64,000 bases of DNA from Raillietiella orientalis (Eukaryota). The notes under the pieces are model-generated. The model did not search any database. It saw only the letters and a list, made by a program, of their open reading frames with translations, and was not told the DNA's origin. Shown here in pieces: positions 23,484 to 37,963 of the stretch; position 1 is the first letter of the stretch, and every line of letters begins with the position of its first letter. The stretch lies in assembly GCA_036172245.1 (NCBI GenBank), contig JAYWIR010000005.1, positions 5,332,001-5,396,000 of the forward strand, in the 5' to 3' direction. The position numbers were made by a program, and so were the translations under genes.

Positions 23484-26400
23484 AGACGGGGTGAAAGGGG
23501 GGGGGACAGCATTTGTAAAGATGTATATGCAATTAAAATAAATTTTCGCCTTTATTGTGCAAATTGCATTTTGTGCAATGTGAAATTTTTGCTCTCTACG
23601 AGTTCCATAAGTTTAAAGTATGTTCGTGAACTCTGTGGTTCTCTTTCACGTTTCCGCACTTTTGAAGGCACTACGGGCAAACATGGAAATCCTAAGAACT
23701 ATTTCAGTTTTTCGGAATGCTCGGAAACCTCCATTCACTTGGGAATAATTATTTTGCTTCGAAATTCCAGATGATCCAGTGAGCCCCGGCGTTTCTGGGA
23801 CGTAATTTTTCACAGGCTATGAAGAATATCCAAATTTCCGAATACATTCCATTCCATCTTAAACTCCATTTTTACTTTTTCAGCAGCCTCAGCAACCTCG
23901 TCTCCTACTCTTAGCTAGTTCGTTCACATTAGCGAGTTCACATTAGTTCACATCACAGAGTCTTTCCTTCTTTGGTGAAGTGGTCTAAGGGGCATTCCAA
24001 ACCGTGATGCTGCAGCTCTTTTCAAGAATTTGATGGTATCTTGCGAGTTGCTTCCATTGGACCCGTGCAATTACATCAATGAAATTACTCCGCATGTCTT
24101 TAATATACTAACCATAGTCTGGTTCCGATAATGCATATGAGAACAGATATATTTCAATGAGCAAGAAAGTGTGTTCCTTTAATTCATTCTCTTTGGCAGC
24201 AACGCATGCTGAAACTGCTTCCAAGACAATTTAGTTATCTTTCACTCGGAAAAATTGCTGCAATTTTTCTGACCGGCCAAGACCAGAAACTGCTAGGAGA
24301 ATCCAGCCTGACTTTGCAGTTGGAAATCTACTTCGGCAACAAGGAAGAATCTCAGAATCCGAACATTCTGATACATAATACAGATTCGGAGAAAGCATTC
24401 ACGAGAATTTTTAATACCCTAAGAAACTGGCTTTAGTCATTTTCTAGTTGGCCCCAGTGTAAAAGATTGCAAAGAAAGTGGAAATTTGTGGGTAACCTTG
24501 TTAAATATTCAGCCACTTGTTTGAATCTACGTACTTTACTGAAGGATTCCCCGCAGCATGCTATGAATCCAGTAGTGCACTGAAATGATGCATTTTGTAC
24601 ACAGATTTTTGCTTAAACAACGGATCCCATCCGTTATTTAAGCAAAAATACTTTTCATGCTTCAGGGTCCGACATACGGTCATCCTTTCATCAGACGCCA
24701 CTTTTTAAGCACTTTGAACTTATTTAAATCTACATCTTCGCTCATCAGTTTAAGCTTTACATGATTTTTTCAATGATCACACGAGGATTACATGTTTCAT
24801 AACAGGGGTGTATTAGGTAAATAACAGAATATTCTTTGGAAGGAAACTTGTAATGTATTCCTTAATAATCATAGTAATGAACAATGCTTTAAAAAACAAG
24901 TCTGCCTATATAAGAAGACTACCTAGTTACTACGGGAAAAAATGGGCGCTTCCATGGCAACATTCAGTGATTCAATCTGGAGAGATCATTACGGTATGGA
25001 TTCCTGTATACACTGTTAACAATGTCACTTGAAAAAAATAATTGTTCAGACAATGATTGTACACGTTGAGGAACGTTCAAGAAGTATTCTTTATTTCATG
25101 TAATTGCCTTTTTTTTAAAAAACAAAAACAAAAACAAAAAGGAAACAATATCATAATCATAGTTGTGAGGGAGAAAAATAAACCCTTTTATAAAGGTGCA
25201 CTGTTACCAGCTTTTGGGAAGTTCTTTTATCATGTCTTTACTATGGTGCCATTTTACATTGTGCATCCATTTTTTCATGACATCCTGAACACCTTTACTT
25301 AGGAAAAAAAACCGATAAGCTAGTCTTTCCTAGAAGAAACGAGCAAACATTTGAACGATGAAGGATACATACCTAAGAAGTACATGGAAAAGAAAAGTAA
25401 CTTATTTCGCATACTGATGAGGGAAACTAAAAAAAATACTGCGCCTCCCTAGACGTATTTCTTCGTTCTCCCGGTGTATCACAGAACGTCTTTGAAATAA
25501 CTGCTTATTGTACAAAGATTCAAACAAGGAATGACCATGAATTTTTATTCATCCACAAACGCCTTTGCTCCTTTTTTTGGTGGCAGTCTTTGATTTAAAC
25601 TTCTCTGTTTCGCTTATTTTTCAAAATGAACAATTCTCCATTTCAATACATTTCCCTTATCCTCCCCTCCCCCTTTTTTTTTTTTTTCAGACTGAAAAAA
25701 GAAAAGACTTCTGTCTTAGAAACGCTGTTTTTGATAAATTAATCACAGCATTCTTGGATCTCCTTCAGCAATCTAGACTTCCTTTTTATCCAAAATTTTC
25801 GAATAAAGTGCGTCCAACTACTGAGACATTACCTTTACATGCCAGTAGCTTTCTGTGGACCACATGTTTTCAGTTTTTTCAAGCAACAAACCAGCACGTG
25901 CCCTTTTCTGAAATGAACTGCACACACAAGAAAGGGGATCTTGTCCATTGAGGCGTTCGACACAGCGCTTGTGGCCATTGTAGCCTCGTATTCTACTTTC
26001 TCCTGTGCTTTTTGTGCAAATTCTATTCTATTCCGTGCAAATTTGTAATTTCAAATTCGTTCGTACATATTCTCCTTGATCCTGATTCTTCACCAAGTAC
26101 TGTTTGAAGCTTTTGGAGAATGCCACTGCTCCAAGCACGCGACCGCGGCAGAAACAGGCCTTCCACAATCTTTATCTACCTTCCTAATCTTACTGGAGCC
26201 ACTGGAAGAGAACAAGCAATGTGTGTTTACCACATACAAGACTGAACTGAGATGAAACGTACCTCCCGACGAAACATGGAGTGCATCTACTTTGTAGATT
26301 GTAGAAGCATCCTGCACACTCCTTGCGTGGCATGCTAATAGACAGGGGTCTCTGCTTTTGCTGCAGTCGGTTCGCACCTGCAAAGTTACCACCATCTCCA

Positions 26401-27406
26401 TCCAAGTATATGTTGTAATGGTGTTGAAATTTTGGGGTGTTCATGCAGGATTCGAAAGTATCTGATGGTTTCCCCTTTAATGAAGTTCCGAGGACTAATT
26501 CTAGTGGGGAAAACATTCACACACACAGAAGTAGCCACCCCACGTAATTCTAACGGATGTGGTTACCTTTGACTTTCTGTTGAGTTAATTCATTCGTTGT
26601 TTATGACTCATTGCCTTTTTTTTTCTTTTTTTCAATTAACGAAACCTGATGTTGAATCTGATCTTGTTACATCCGGACTTTGCCTTGTTTTTCACGCTAT
26701 CTTTCCACGTTAGAAAACGTAACCCCAAAGCATTGCACCACAATGGTATAACAGGGTTCAATGAAGTCCAGAGATAATTTACAGGAGGAAACTTGAATAA
26801 GGAATAATTCCCTTGTACACATTTTGTTCCTTAGTGATAGAAAAGAAATTTCGTTGCTAAATAAAGCGATTTTGTTATGAAATGAGTCGATAAGATATTT
26901 GTGGATAAATCTGTGGCAATAAAAATGTTTGTTATTTTTCACTTTTAGTTAGTTTGAGGTGAAAGTGTTGATTATCGAATTGCTTGATTAACGAGGATAA
27001 TGTCATGAAAAACGATGTTGATAATGCCATTAAAAATGAAAACTGACTCTTTGAAAGCATCGGTCGAAGTGATGTTTTTTCTTGTTTCTTACATGCATGT
27101 TTTTCACTTTATGACTAGTGATCGAAATAGTTTAATTTATTTAACGTTATCTTGGGTGCCTGCGATGTTTTTTTTTTTTTTTTTTTTTGACGTGATTTTC
27201 ATATAACTATCAGATATGTGTCTAATTCATTTTGAAAACTGAATGCGTTATCTGAGTTTGTTTACTATATTATTTCCAAATGCTTTACCAGGGTAACGAA
27301 AACAAAAGCAAACAGGCTGATACCAGATTCACAGAACGATTTTACTTGATATTTTGGTAATGATTTAGCTAAATTATTTAGATGCAGTTACCTATTACTC
27401 AGGCTT

Positions 27407-30400
27407 ATGAGTTATAAACAAAATATAAGAAATAGCTTCCTCTTTTGCTTGTTAAGTCTAACTTTAGAATCTGATTCATGGAGATGGGAAAGCATTGACT
27501 ACGAAGGTAAACAATTCTTGTTATCATTGATAGTTTCATTTTTGTTCATAATTGGCCAAAATTTTGATGTTTACTTCAAAGTATATTCTTACAGTAGGGG
27601 TAGATAGGAGGTACTGTGGGGGGGAGACAATGAAACAGCTTACTGCAAAGTTTTGGGACCTCTGTTTATCCTGTTACACTGGATTGATTGATTTTGTAAA
27701 GAATGCTTAAATTCTCATGTTCTTTTTATGTTCAAGATTTCAAATTACGAAAGTTTCGATTACATATTTATGTTTGAAAATTTTTAGGTTATTATTGTAA
27801 TGAAACCCTGATAAATGGTGCTTCCCTAAGTAGTTCTTCTGAGAAATTTGACAGAAAAGCAAAGCATGCCTTGTTAAATGGTGAGTTTGAAACTCTTCAA
27901 AGAAAGAACGTGTCTCATTTTTCATTTCATTTTGTTGCAAAATAATGATAATCTTGGAAAGTTTGCCTTATATAAAATAGATAAGTAGCAGCAAGACATG
28001 TTTTGAGCATGTTGGAGAAGATCTAGATTTAAGTTCTGAAGCATTTTCAAAACTTAAATCTAGATCTTAATTGAAGCACACAGAAGCACAGAATTTTCAA
28101 TTTCAAAAACCAAGTTGTAAATGTCTCTCTTTTTGCATTCCAGGTGATAGTGCCTGGTCAGCCTTTCGTTCTGATTTTAGTCAATATTTGACAGTTGATT
28201 TGAAAGAACCTTTTGAAATTACTGGGATTGCTACACAAGGCAGACAGTATTCAAAAGAGTTTGTGCGAGAATATCAGTTAAGTTTTGGTTCAGGAGAGCA
28301 TGATTTGCAGTTCTATAAAGATGCTTATGGTAATGCAAAGGTAATAGTTTTGAAAGCATTTCCTTGATCTCTTGTTTGTGAATACTATTTCTTGATTTTT
28401 GTAACATTAGTTAGTGAAACTGATTAAGTAGGGCAACAAATGTAAATTATTTGAAATTTTCATTTATTGTCCCACATAATCAGTTTCTTAAATATAAAAT
28501 ATACTGTGTTTTATACATATGCACATTTATATACATAACCTACATAAATGTATATGTGTATTCATATAAATTATCTACTTTGTGTTCTAAGTAGTACAGA
28601 TAAGTTAATGATGAGTTATGTACCAATAATTTGTTTCATGAGACTAAAAAATCATATCAATCATTTGTTTTTATTCCCTCCTCTTCTTTGTCACTATGTA
28701 GAGGTTTCCTGGAAATAGGGATAGCAGCACTATAGCATATAATCACTTGCCATCTCCTATCCATGCACAAGTGATACGATTACACCCAATTCGCTGGAGT
28801 AGACAGATCTCTTTGAGGCTTGAGCTTTATGGATGTGCATACAGTTAGGCACTTCAGCTTATTTTTCAGGTTGATTGAAGATCTCTTTTAATAGATGCTG
28901 TTCAGTTACATTTAAATGGCAGCACTCTTCTTACTTGGGATCTCAAAGAAGAGCCAATATTATCTTTACAAGACAAAATACAGCTTCGCTTTCGTACATT
29001 TTATCCCAATGGCATAATGCTGTACTCCCTTGGATCCCAGGGTGATCTCTTAGCTTTGCAGCTAGTACGTGGTCACCTTTTGTTTACTATTGATCTGGGT
29101 AATTTTTGCGATTGATATTGCATATGAATATATTTTGTGATTAGGCTCAGGACAGGCCACTAATGCTGTGGCTGGAAGCCTCTTAGATGATACCCTGTGG
29201 CATGATGTTCTGATAAGGAGGTACAAGCGGCAACTTATACTAAGTGTAGATCATGTGCAAGCTGAATTTAATATTGCGGGTGACTTCAACCAACTGGATT
29301 TGGATCAGTTCCTCCTAATAGGTGGTGCACTGTTTTCATCACCAGGAATTGTTGTTCGTCAAAATTTCACTGGTTGCTTTGAATCCTTATATCTTAATCA
29401 AACCAATGTAATTCAGAAAGCACAGGCCAGTTATTGGCGTGTCAATTCCATTCATGCTTCATATAGTTGCTTGGTAATGATTTAATTGATCTGATTCTCC
29501 CTAATGTGTTTTACTTAGGCTGAGAACATTGTGCCAATTACTTTCTTAAGTTCTGGTGCCTATGTTCAGTTGTCAGGGTATGAAGACTTGAATAATTTGG
29601 AAGTTTCGTTGGAGTTCCGAACATATGAAGAAGCTGGCATGTTGCTGCATCATCGTTTTTTATCTAGGGGATCACTTCACTTGTTTCTTCAGAGTGGACA
29701 CCTTTTGTTAAAACTATCCAATATTGCAGGAACTCCTGATGTGATATTGGACGATTTTTCTCACTTGTTTTTGAGTGATGGATTGTGGCATCGAGTTGCT
29801 GTTTCTGTGTCAAAGAACAGCATTATACTTATGCTTGATGACCAGAAAATGCACACTGAACGCATGCTTTCTGTGCGCACTGGTAGACAATATTTGCTGG
29901 GTGGAGAAATGGGCATAGGCCATTTTGTGGGCTGTATGCGACGTATCAGCATTGATGGCAATGCACAGCATCCTCCTAATTGGAATGAACAGCAGTACTG
30001 CTGTTCTGATACACTTCTCATGGGTGTATGCCAGATGACTGATCGTTGCATGCCTAATCCATGCCAGCATGGTGGTGTTTGTCGGCAGAATTCCAAAGAG
30101 TTCTTCTGTGACTGTACTGATACTGGCTATAGTGGACCTGTTTGTTATTCCTCAACTGGATCTTTATCCTGTGAGACTCTGCGATCAAAATATTCAGACA
30201 GCAAAGTCATTTCCGCCCTTTTGGATATAGATGGAAGTGGTCCTTTAGATCCTTTCAAAGCTGTGTGTCATTTTCATTGTAAGTATAGAAAATTGTGTGT
30301 TAACTGATTTGCCATATTCTGTTTGTAGCTATGGGTAGAACTCTCACATCAATAGAGCATGGTGGTCCAACTGGGTCCATGATTAGTGGATTTGACCGTC

Positions 30401-32405
30401 CAGGCTCTTACATTCAGGATGTCCGCTATGATGCAGATGATGCTGCTTTGACTCTTTTTGTGAATCGTTCTCACAGTTGTCATCAGTCTTTAATATATGA
30501 ATGCCGCTCAGCACGTCTGTTAGGTGCACAGCATTCTGATGGTTCCTTCGAGCCTTGGTCTTGGTGGGTTGGTCATAACAACCAGAAAATGGACTATTGG
30601 TCAGGAGCACCTAGAGGATCACGCAAATGTGCTTGTGGTGTGCTGAATTCTTGTATTGATCCAAAGCACATGTGCAATTGTGATGCAGGTTAGAAACTTT
30701 GATCTTTTCTGTTTCACTCTGTTCATAGGGTTGGACTCCTGGCAAAGAGATGGAGGAGATTTGACTTACAAAGAGCATCTTCCCGTGCGTCAGATACGAG
30801 TGGGAGATACTGGAACACCACTGGATCACAAACAAGCACGGATTACATTGGGACCTCTCTTCTGTGAAGATAACGGTAGAGCAATTATTAGTTTACTGTC
30901 GATGTAATCAGCGCTTTGTAGCCTTATATGACAATAGTGTGACTTTTCGCCGTGCTGATGCCACCCTTGAATATCCTACTCCCATTCTGGGTAACACATG
31001 GGACATATATTTTGAGTTCCGCACAACTTCAAGCAATACAGCCGTGCTTCTTCATGTTTCCGGTCCTACTGACTTTATCCGTGTGTCTCTAGTGGGGCAA
31101 CAGGAGCTTCAGTTTGCATATGAAGCTGGTAGTGGAAATGTGGTGCTCAGCATTCCCACCTCATTCTGGCTGAGTGATGATCAGTGGCATTCTGTTCGAG
31201 TTGAGCGAAACCGCAAAGGAGCAGTTGTTGTCCTTGATGGGTCTTTGAAATCTGAAGTCCGAGATCCAGAAGGTTCCTTTCGACCTCTGCAGCTGCATTC
31301 TAATCTTGTGCTGGGTGCCAGTGTAGATGGCAATAATGGATTTGTTGGCTGCTTAAGATCATTAGTAGTGGACGGCACAATGATCGATCTCAAGACTCCT
31401 GCTGAAAAAGGAATTTATGGTATAGGTTCTGGCTGTAAAGGTCGTTGTGTCTCCAATCCTTGCTTGAATAACGGTACCTGCCTTGAAGGATATGATTCCT
31501 ACACATGTGACTGTCGTTGGACTGCTTTCAAAGGTCCAGTTTGTGCTGATGATATTGGTGTCAATATGCAGACTAACTACATGATTCGTTATGATTTCCT
31601 TGGTGGTTACAGATCCACAATCAATGAAAACATCCATGTGGCATTTTCAACCACGGATCCTCGTGGTTTCCTGTTAGCTCTTACATCAGATATATCCAAG
31701 GAATATTTGATATTAATGGTTTCCAACAGTGGTCATTTGCGTCTGATATTTGACTTTGGATTTGAACGACAAGAAATTGTGTATCCTGGAAGAATTTTCA
31801 ATCAGGGACAGTTTCATGAAGTAACAATTCGGAGGCTGGAGTCAGGAACTGTTTTAAGTTTTCAAGTGGACCAACGTCCCCCTCTTAAAGTGCGTTTTAC
31901 TGTTAGTGGCTCGGCAGATGTCCAGTTCAACAACATCCAAAGATTGTATGTAGGTAGAAATGAGAGTATGAAGGAAGGATATGCAGGATGCATCTCTCGT
32001 GTTTATTTTGATGACATTTTTGTGTTCAAACAGTTGTTTCAAGAAGACAGACCAGAGAATATTATGAGCATACCAGATCGTATTTTGGAGGATACATGTG
32101 GTGTTGAACCTGTTACACATCCTCCAGAGATTGAAGAAACTCGTCCCCCACCTCCAGTTGACCAACAAAAAATCGATGCATATTCTTATTCAGCAAGTCC
32201 AACCATTCTTGGAGTGGTTCTAGCAATTGTTTTCTTAACATTTTTGGTTGCAGGAATTTTGATAGTGCGTTATATGGCACATGAAAAAGGGGATTATTTG
32301 ACTAAGGAAGATGAAGGCGCAAGAGATGCACCAGATGCTGATTTGGCTATAATCAAATCTTCTACAGGCCATAGAGTGCCTCTTAAAAAAGAATGGTATT
32401 TATAG
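27407..32405 (+). CDS. Nrx-IV: Neurexin IV / contactin-associated protein (Caspr) orthologue, about 1271 aa
   Basis: Ten phase-consistent GT-AG exons: 27407-27506, 27788-27880, 28144-28340, 28702-28843, 28895-29098, 29145-29473, 29519-30278, 30329-30688, 30729-30875, 30922-32405 (3816 nt). Signal-like N-terminus, discoidin F5/8 domain (GIATQGR, LRLELYGC), LamG x2, EGF, fibrinogen-like region, LamG, EGF, LamG, TM, 4.1-binding motif (HEKGDYLTKE) and PDZ-binding end EWYL. Confidence 0.95.
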
Positions 32406-32591
32406 ATCTTTAAAAAAGAATCTCAAGACTTGTTCAATCATGGTATTTCCTATTTCTAACGAATGTTTGTATCATCTTATATGGTAATTGAATCCGTCCA
32501 GAACTTTAGTTTTATATGAAAATATTGGAGACTTCTTGATCTGCTTCATATTGTTTTTTACAAATTGTTACAAGATTATTTTATGCAAACA

Positions 32592-32597
32592 AATAAA
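32592..32597 (+). promoter_or_regulatory. Probable polyadenylation signal of Nrx-IV
   Basis: AATAAA about 190 nt after the stop codon in an AT-rich 3' region. Confidence 0.55.
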
Positions 32598-33449
32598 GTA
32601 TATTCTAGAATATTCCCATCTTCAGAGTGTCATGTAGTGTATGATTTTTTTTTTTTTGTACGAAATCTTTGAACTGCATAGAAATTCGGTGGCATGCAAG
32701 TACAGGTGCATATGATTTCGTACGTATGTTAGCAAACATCGTATTAACATGTTAGTGTGTGGCAATCCAAAATTAAAAGTCGCCCCACCCATATGCATAG
32801 GTAATTTTGGCAAATGTATATCGATGGAGTTTATTTATAAATGTTAGCAACCAAAGATTTCAGCGAACATTAGACCAGGGCTTCGACCAATTTGGAACGA
32901 CTGAATAGTCGTTCCAAATTGGAATCATTGCAAAGTAAACTTATAGCTTTGTGCCGTACACGTGTCTCATTTCAGTCTCCCCGTACCAACTCCTTATATT
33001 TTCCTGAGGACGCGACTCTTCATGTTTCAAGGTTTCAACTGAAAGGAAGCATTGCAGGAGGTGGATGTTCCTTGCGCTGTTGAATGCGTCGTGCTGTATT
33101 TTTCTCTGCACCGTGTTGAAGCAGAGGATTCATAAAGAATGTCGATTTTAATGGTTTTCAATTGTAGCAGCGCCTTTGTTTTGCTTAAAAGGAAAACAAA
33201 GAATTTTCAAGCCTTTTTCCAAAGCTGAAACTGCGCCCATGCTTGCGTTGGAGAAGGTACTAAGTATCATCAAAGTAGACATCATGCTCTCCAAAGTAGA
33301 CTGCTACCTTGGAATGTCGCTTAATAAGGTTTCCCGTTTTGCTATCTGCTACGTCATACATCTTTGTTATTACATGGAAGTGCAAGAGGAGGAGGAATAA
33401 AGAGCAATAGCCCCCCTGCTCCGGTTCCACCTAGGAGATGGCAGTGGAA

Positions 33450-36400
33450 GAGTTGTATGCTTAGGCTTTGAAGTGAGCTTTTGAGACACCTGGCTATTTT
33501 CATACGGATAGAGATAAGAGTCCTTCATTTCTCGTCGTATAGATCGCAATCCTTACAAGTTGATCTAAACTGTGGTCCCATGCAAAACACGGCAGTGGTT
33601 TTCACGATTTTGCTATATCTGGCTTCAATGTGATGTGTTCCCTTTTCTCATATGCTGGTCCGCTCACAGCGAATCATCACCATCAGGTTCTTAGTCCCAA
33701 GAGACGTATGCTTGTGAATCACAGAGCCCAACGGCTGCTCACAGTTGCGTAGGTATAGAGAAAATATCAATGTCGACCTCAGATGACGGTTGTCATCTTG
33801 TCTCCTTGGATGCTCCGGTGGTGCAGAGGCATAGATATACTAGACCGATTGTTGGATGGCTGTTGGTTCAAGAAGAAGCTTAGTCAACCATAGCATTTGG
33901 CATGAAAGAGAACAGAATCGGACTGACCTTTCAAATGCTAGGGAATCCTCCAATGTGGAAAGTTTACTAACAATTCCTTCTGGTGAGATCCTAGAAAAAT
34001 TTGAATGAACCAACAGCGGAAAATTGAAATAGAAGCAAAGGAAGTAATTTTGGAATAAAAGTTTCTGAGCAGGCAGTTTCCAGATTGTTGGATAGCTTTG
34101 AAAGCTTCTTTGGTGATCTTCAGCTGATAATTTGTGGAGAAAAACTCAAAAGGGCGACTGGACTTTGCGAAGTTGAGAAGAGGGATATGGAAGTAGATCC
34201 TCATTCAGTGGACGCAGCAGCCTCAGTCGGTGAGACCGAGTCTACCGATGTACTCAGAATATGCCACGGATTTATATACAGCTGGAAAGGGAACATTGAA
34301 AGAACTTGAAGTCCATGTTCCTTCAGAACAAAAATTGACAAGAGAAGCGCAGAGATTAAAGAAAGGTAAAATGAAAGACTTCCCGATTGTAGATGAGATC
34401 TCATCTTTAAATGAGCTTTGGATCATTAAAAGACAATAAAATTAGCTGGAAATCGTTGAGGAGTCTTCTTACGCCTCACTAGAAGTTCGGATGGTACTGT
34501 AAATTAAGACTCCAAGACAAAAAAGCCGTAAGATCTCGTTGGATCCAAGAAATAAGTTCGGGATACAAAAATCTCAGAAAGACCATGAGAGTAGCTGGCA
34601 TCGGTGATGATATCTCAAGCAAGATCCTTATACACAAAGTCGAGTTTTGTGATTCTTATGAGGAGCCGTCTCAGGTAGATTCCTCTCTAGCAGTCGACCT
34701 CACCGGCGATCAACTAACTAGTATCTCACCAATCGATCTTATTTTCACAACTGAGTCTATGCTGACAAATTCTGAGATTTCAGCTCCGGGACTGGAGATC
34801 TCGAAATACAGTAGACAGGCAGAGCTGTTGACGCTAATATTTAACACCTGTCTCAAGAGACGAAAGACTTTCTATTGGTAGGAGAGCTGAAAAACTGTCT
34901 TGTTTCGGGAATTTTCTTTGTTATCTGATAATGGGTGAAGGCCGATCTTAACAGGAGATAGCGCATATCGGTTATATGCTAAGTGTTATATAACTTCGTA
35001 TATTAAAGATTGGGATCAACAGAAGGGATTTCTCTCCCTTGGTGGAATCTTAAAGCAGGGCTCCGCTTTCCAGACGATCAAGGACTCGAGACACCTGTTC
35101 AAGGAAATGTATATAGCTTTCATTGACCTTGCGAATTCGTGTATGATCTCTCACATCAGATCATGTGAGGCGATCCAGGGTGAATCCAGGCCTGAAATCC
35201 AGGACTGCCATGAATCCAGGTTTGAAAAGAATTTCTGCATGTGGATGAAGATATGGTAGTGCAACTACATTTGTCCGGTCATATAAACAAAATGCCACGG
35301 ATTTCCTGATTAGAACTATGGAGTCTCCTTAAGCTCATTACTGCTCGTCATTACTGTGGAGTCAATTTTATGTCAGCTGAGACCCTCAACTAGTTAGTGA
35401 AGAGTCGATCTTGGTCTTTGCTGATGACACTGTATGCTTCGAACGTTTTTCTATCTCAGCCTGGTGCATTTCCAGACTGGAAGTATTCTTTAAGTCTGAC
35501 TGGATTCTTGCAAATGCCGAATGAAGTGGTTGGTAAAGAAGTGCCTTCACCTACTCAGCCATGAAGCCAACGAAGATCCATTCAGAGAGCACTTGAAAGG
35601 ATATCTGTACCCTAAGAATTTCTCAGCTGAGACAGATGTCCATGTGGACAACGGTTTCGAGCTTCTTGCCTCCTTGGATGAGCTCAAGCTCTCTCTCTGA
35701 ACTCTCCGTCATGTCGTGCCTAAGAACGCCACTTCTCCTACGGATGCTGATCTGCTACTAATTTCTTTTTGGAAAGACTTTCGAGAAACTCCAGAGTGAT
35801 GACGACATAGGAAGCACGTAGACACCTAGAAGAAGCACGTTGAAAGATAAGCGTCGTTTTGCATGGGAGCAGGATGGACTTTTACGGACAGAGAACAGCG
35901 GGCGCATTACATTCTGTGCAATCACGAGAAAGAAGTTATTTATTTTCCGTAATCTTCAACGCAATCAGGCATTGCATTCGCTGCCCTTCAGGAAAGGAGA
36001 TTCGATTTTCGGATCCTAGATTCCTCTACACCGTCAACTATATCGGTTCTTCCAGTTGGAATAGTTGCGTCGCAAAGGCAAGATTGCATTTGCAGAGCAT
36101 AGATGAAACTCTACCGCATACATGGAACAAACTATATGTAGCATTTCCGTCTTTACACTTAACAGTATGATGCATTCGTACAACGTCTGAGGAAAGCGAC
36201 CAAACTGGGGTGGGATAAGGTTTCCTTCCATCAGACTGTTTCCAGGTGGACTCCCGCCTCCTCTTTGATTTGGTACTTCGTGAAGAGGAACAAGTAATCA
36301 TCCTAAATGTCTCCTATACGCTCCTAATGAGCTCAGGGGTGCTTCCGAGTCTAAATACAAGGACATGCTGTCTCCTTGTCAGCTACCCATGTTCAGGCAG

Positions 36401-36900
36401 TGGTCACAGCCTTGCCTGAACTGACTCTTCAGCGTTTCCTGAGATCCACAAAAAGAAGTCCTGTGTGGGCTGGCGAACCCACGGCTATACTTGGATGAGA
36501 CTCTTGATGGTTGCCTACAATAACTGCGATATCCATTAGATCCACAGATCAGAACACTCTCCCCAAGAAGGAATGGCCTTTGGCATTATCGTAGCTTTGG
36601 CTCCACACAGTTTTGTTCTTGGCGTGTTCGAAAGCAGGAACCCACTACAGTGACCAATTTGCCGCAATCCTATCATCGTAATGAATACATGCACGTGAGA
36701 CTAACGGGTTTCTTTCGACATTTTCACTGCTGAGGGAGCTCCTCCCTTTCGATTTCAGCTGGTCGTTGATGAATACTAGAACTACTGGAAGGAATCAGCA
36801 TGGGGTTATTTCTATCGTGACAGGGAGTTCGTGACAAGTTCATGGGCTCCAGTCACTCGACGAAACAGATCTGCACTGCCTGCGTCAAGCATTCACGATA
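33450..36900 (+). mobile_element. Heavily decayed non-LTR retrotransposon with restriction-like endonuclease (R2/NeSL/R4-type)
   Basis: Ordered remnants across frameshifts: QQKGFL (about 35017), KEMYIAFIDLAN (about 35101-35136), SLSSLLLVITVESIL, ILVFADD (to 35428), DETLPH (about 36102) and RLLFDLVLREEEQVIILNVS (from 36255; resembles the RLE PD...D motif). Ends approximate. Confidence 0.65.
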
Positions 36901-37963
36901 ATACGGAAGCGACGCGCGAGTTCCCTGCCCACTGCACGTGGGAAATACATATGTTTAACGTGAATCCCATCGCGCTGCGTTCGAACTGCTGCTCTTGGTA
37001 CTGCGTTCCGCCGGCGGCGCCCAAGACATTATCCGATCATCCTGCTCCGATAATTCAACCTCGGAAATCCTGATCAGCGAGACAGATTTCGTTGCTGGCT
37101 TCCGAGAATTTCGATCGAATCACAAAGTGAAAAGCATTCGAAACATCCTTTACTGGCAAGAGGGATCCGTGCTCAACAGATTCCTACTCTGATTCAGAAT
37201 TCATGACATTCAAGCCGAGGGGAGACGGAAACCTTTATTGACTTTGGACACGAGATTTTTACAGATGGTTCCCTCGGTTACCAGGATTTTTATCGGTTGA
37301 AACGGCATACGTTGTGATCGAAGCAAGCATGTGGGTGAGAGCTGTTCCGGACTGGTCAGAACATCCGTGTACTCCCTGATGTTCTAGAAGGCAAGGATAA
37401 CCTTCTACGGCATCTCTTTCTCTCTCTCGCCCCCCCCCCCCCCGATTCCTCCGAACTCCGCAGCAGACAGATTCCTTGATTGAAAATCTGCGCTTCACCT
37501 TAGTCAACCCGAAATTCCGCCGCGAGATGTGTCCGAGTCTAGATCGCGTCCTGAGGATTCTGATTGGTGGGCCAGGAAAGACTCGAGCATTCTCCCCAGA
37601 GTGCACTATCTTAGCTGCAGTTCTAGCTGGCTGGAAGGGATTCTGGAAACTGAATCTGAGGATACCCACTTCCTCTTCCCATCCGTTTAAGTCACCACCA
37701 CAGATTTCCATCTCCTCACGAAGTGTCAAATCACTGGGCACGCCATATGTTTCCGTTGCTAGGCTGCCTTATCCACGGACTAGCAGGAAAGGAGATAGAT
37801 CCTTCCTTTCTTCCCTTTGGTGAGCTGACTGGATCTGGTTGGAGGAGTCGCAGACACAGGTCAAGATGGAAAGCTGGACAGCGGAGTGGAATTGGTAGTT
37901 TCCTTCCAGTTCTCTCTTTTGTCCTTCTGTCTCTTTGGAGACTCCAGGAGCTTCTCTCAGGTA

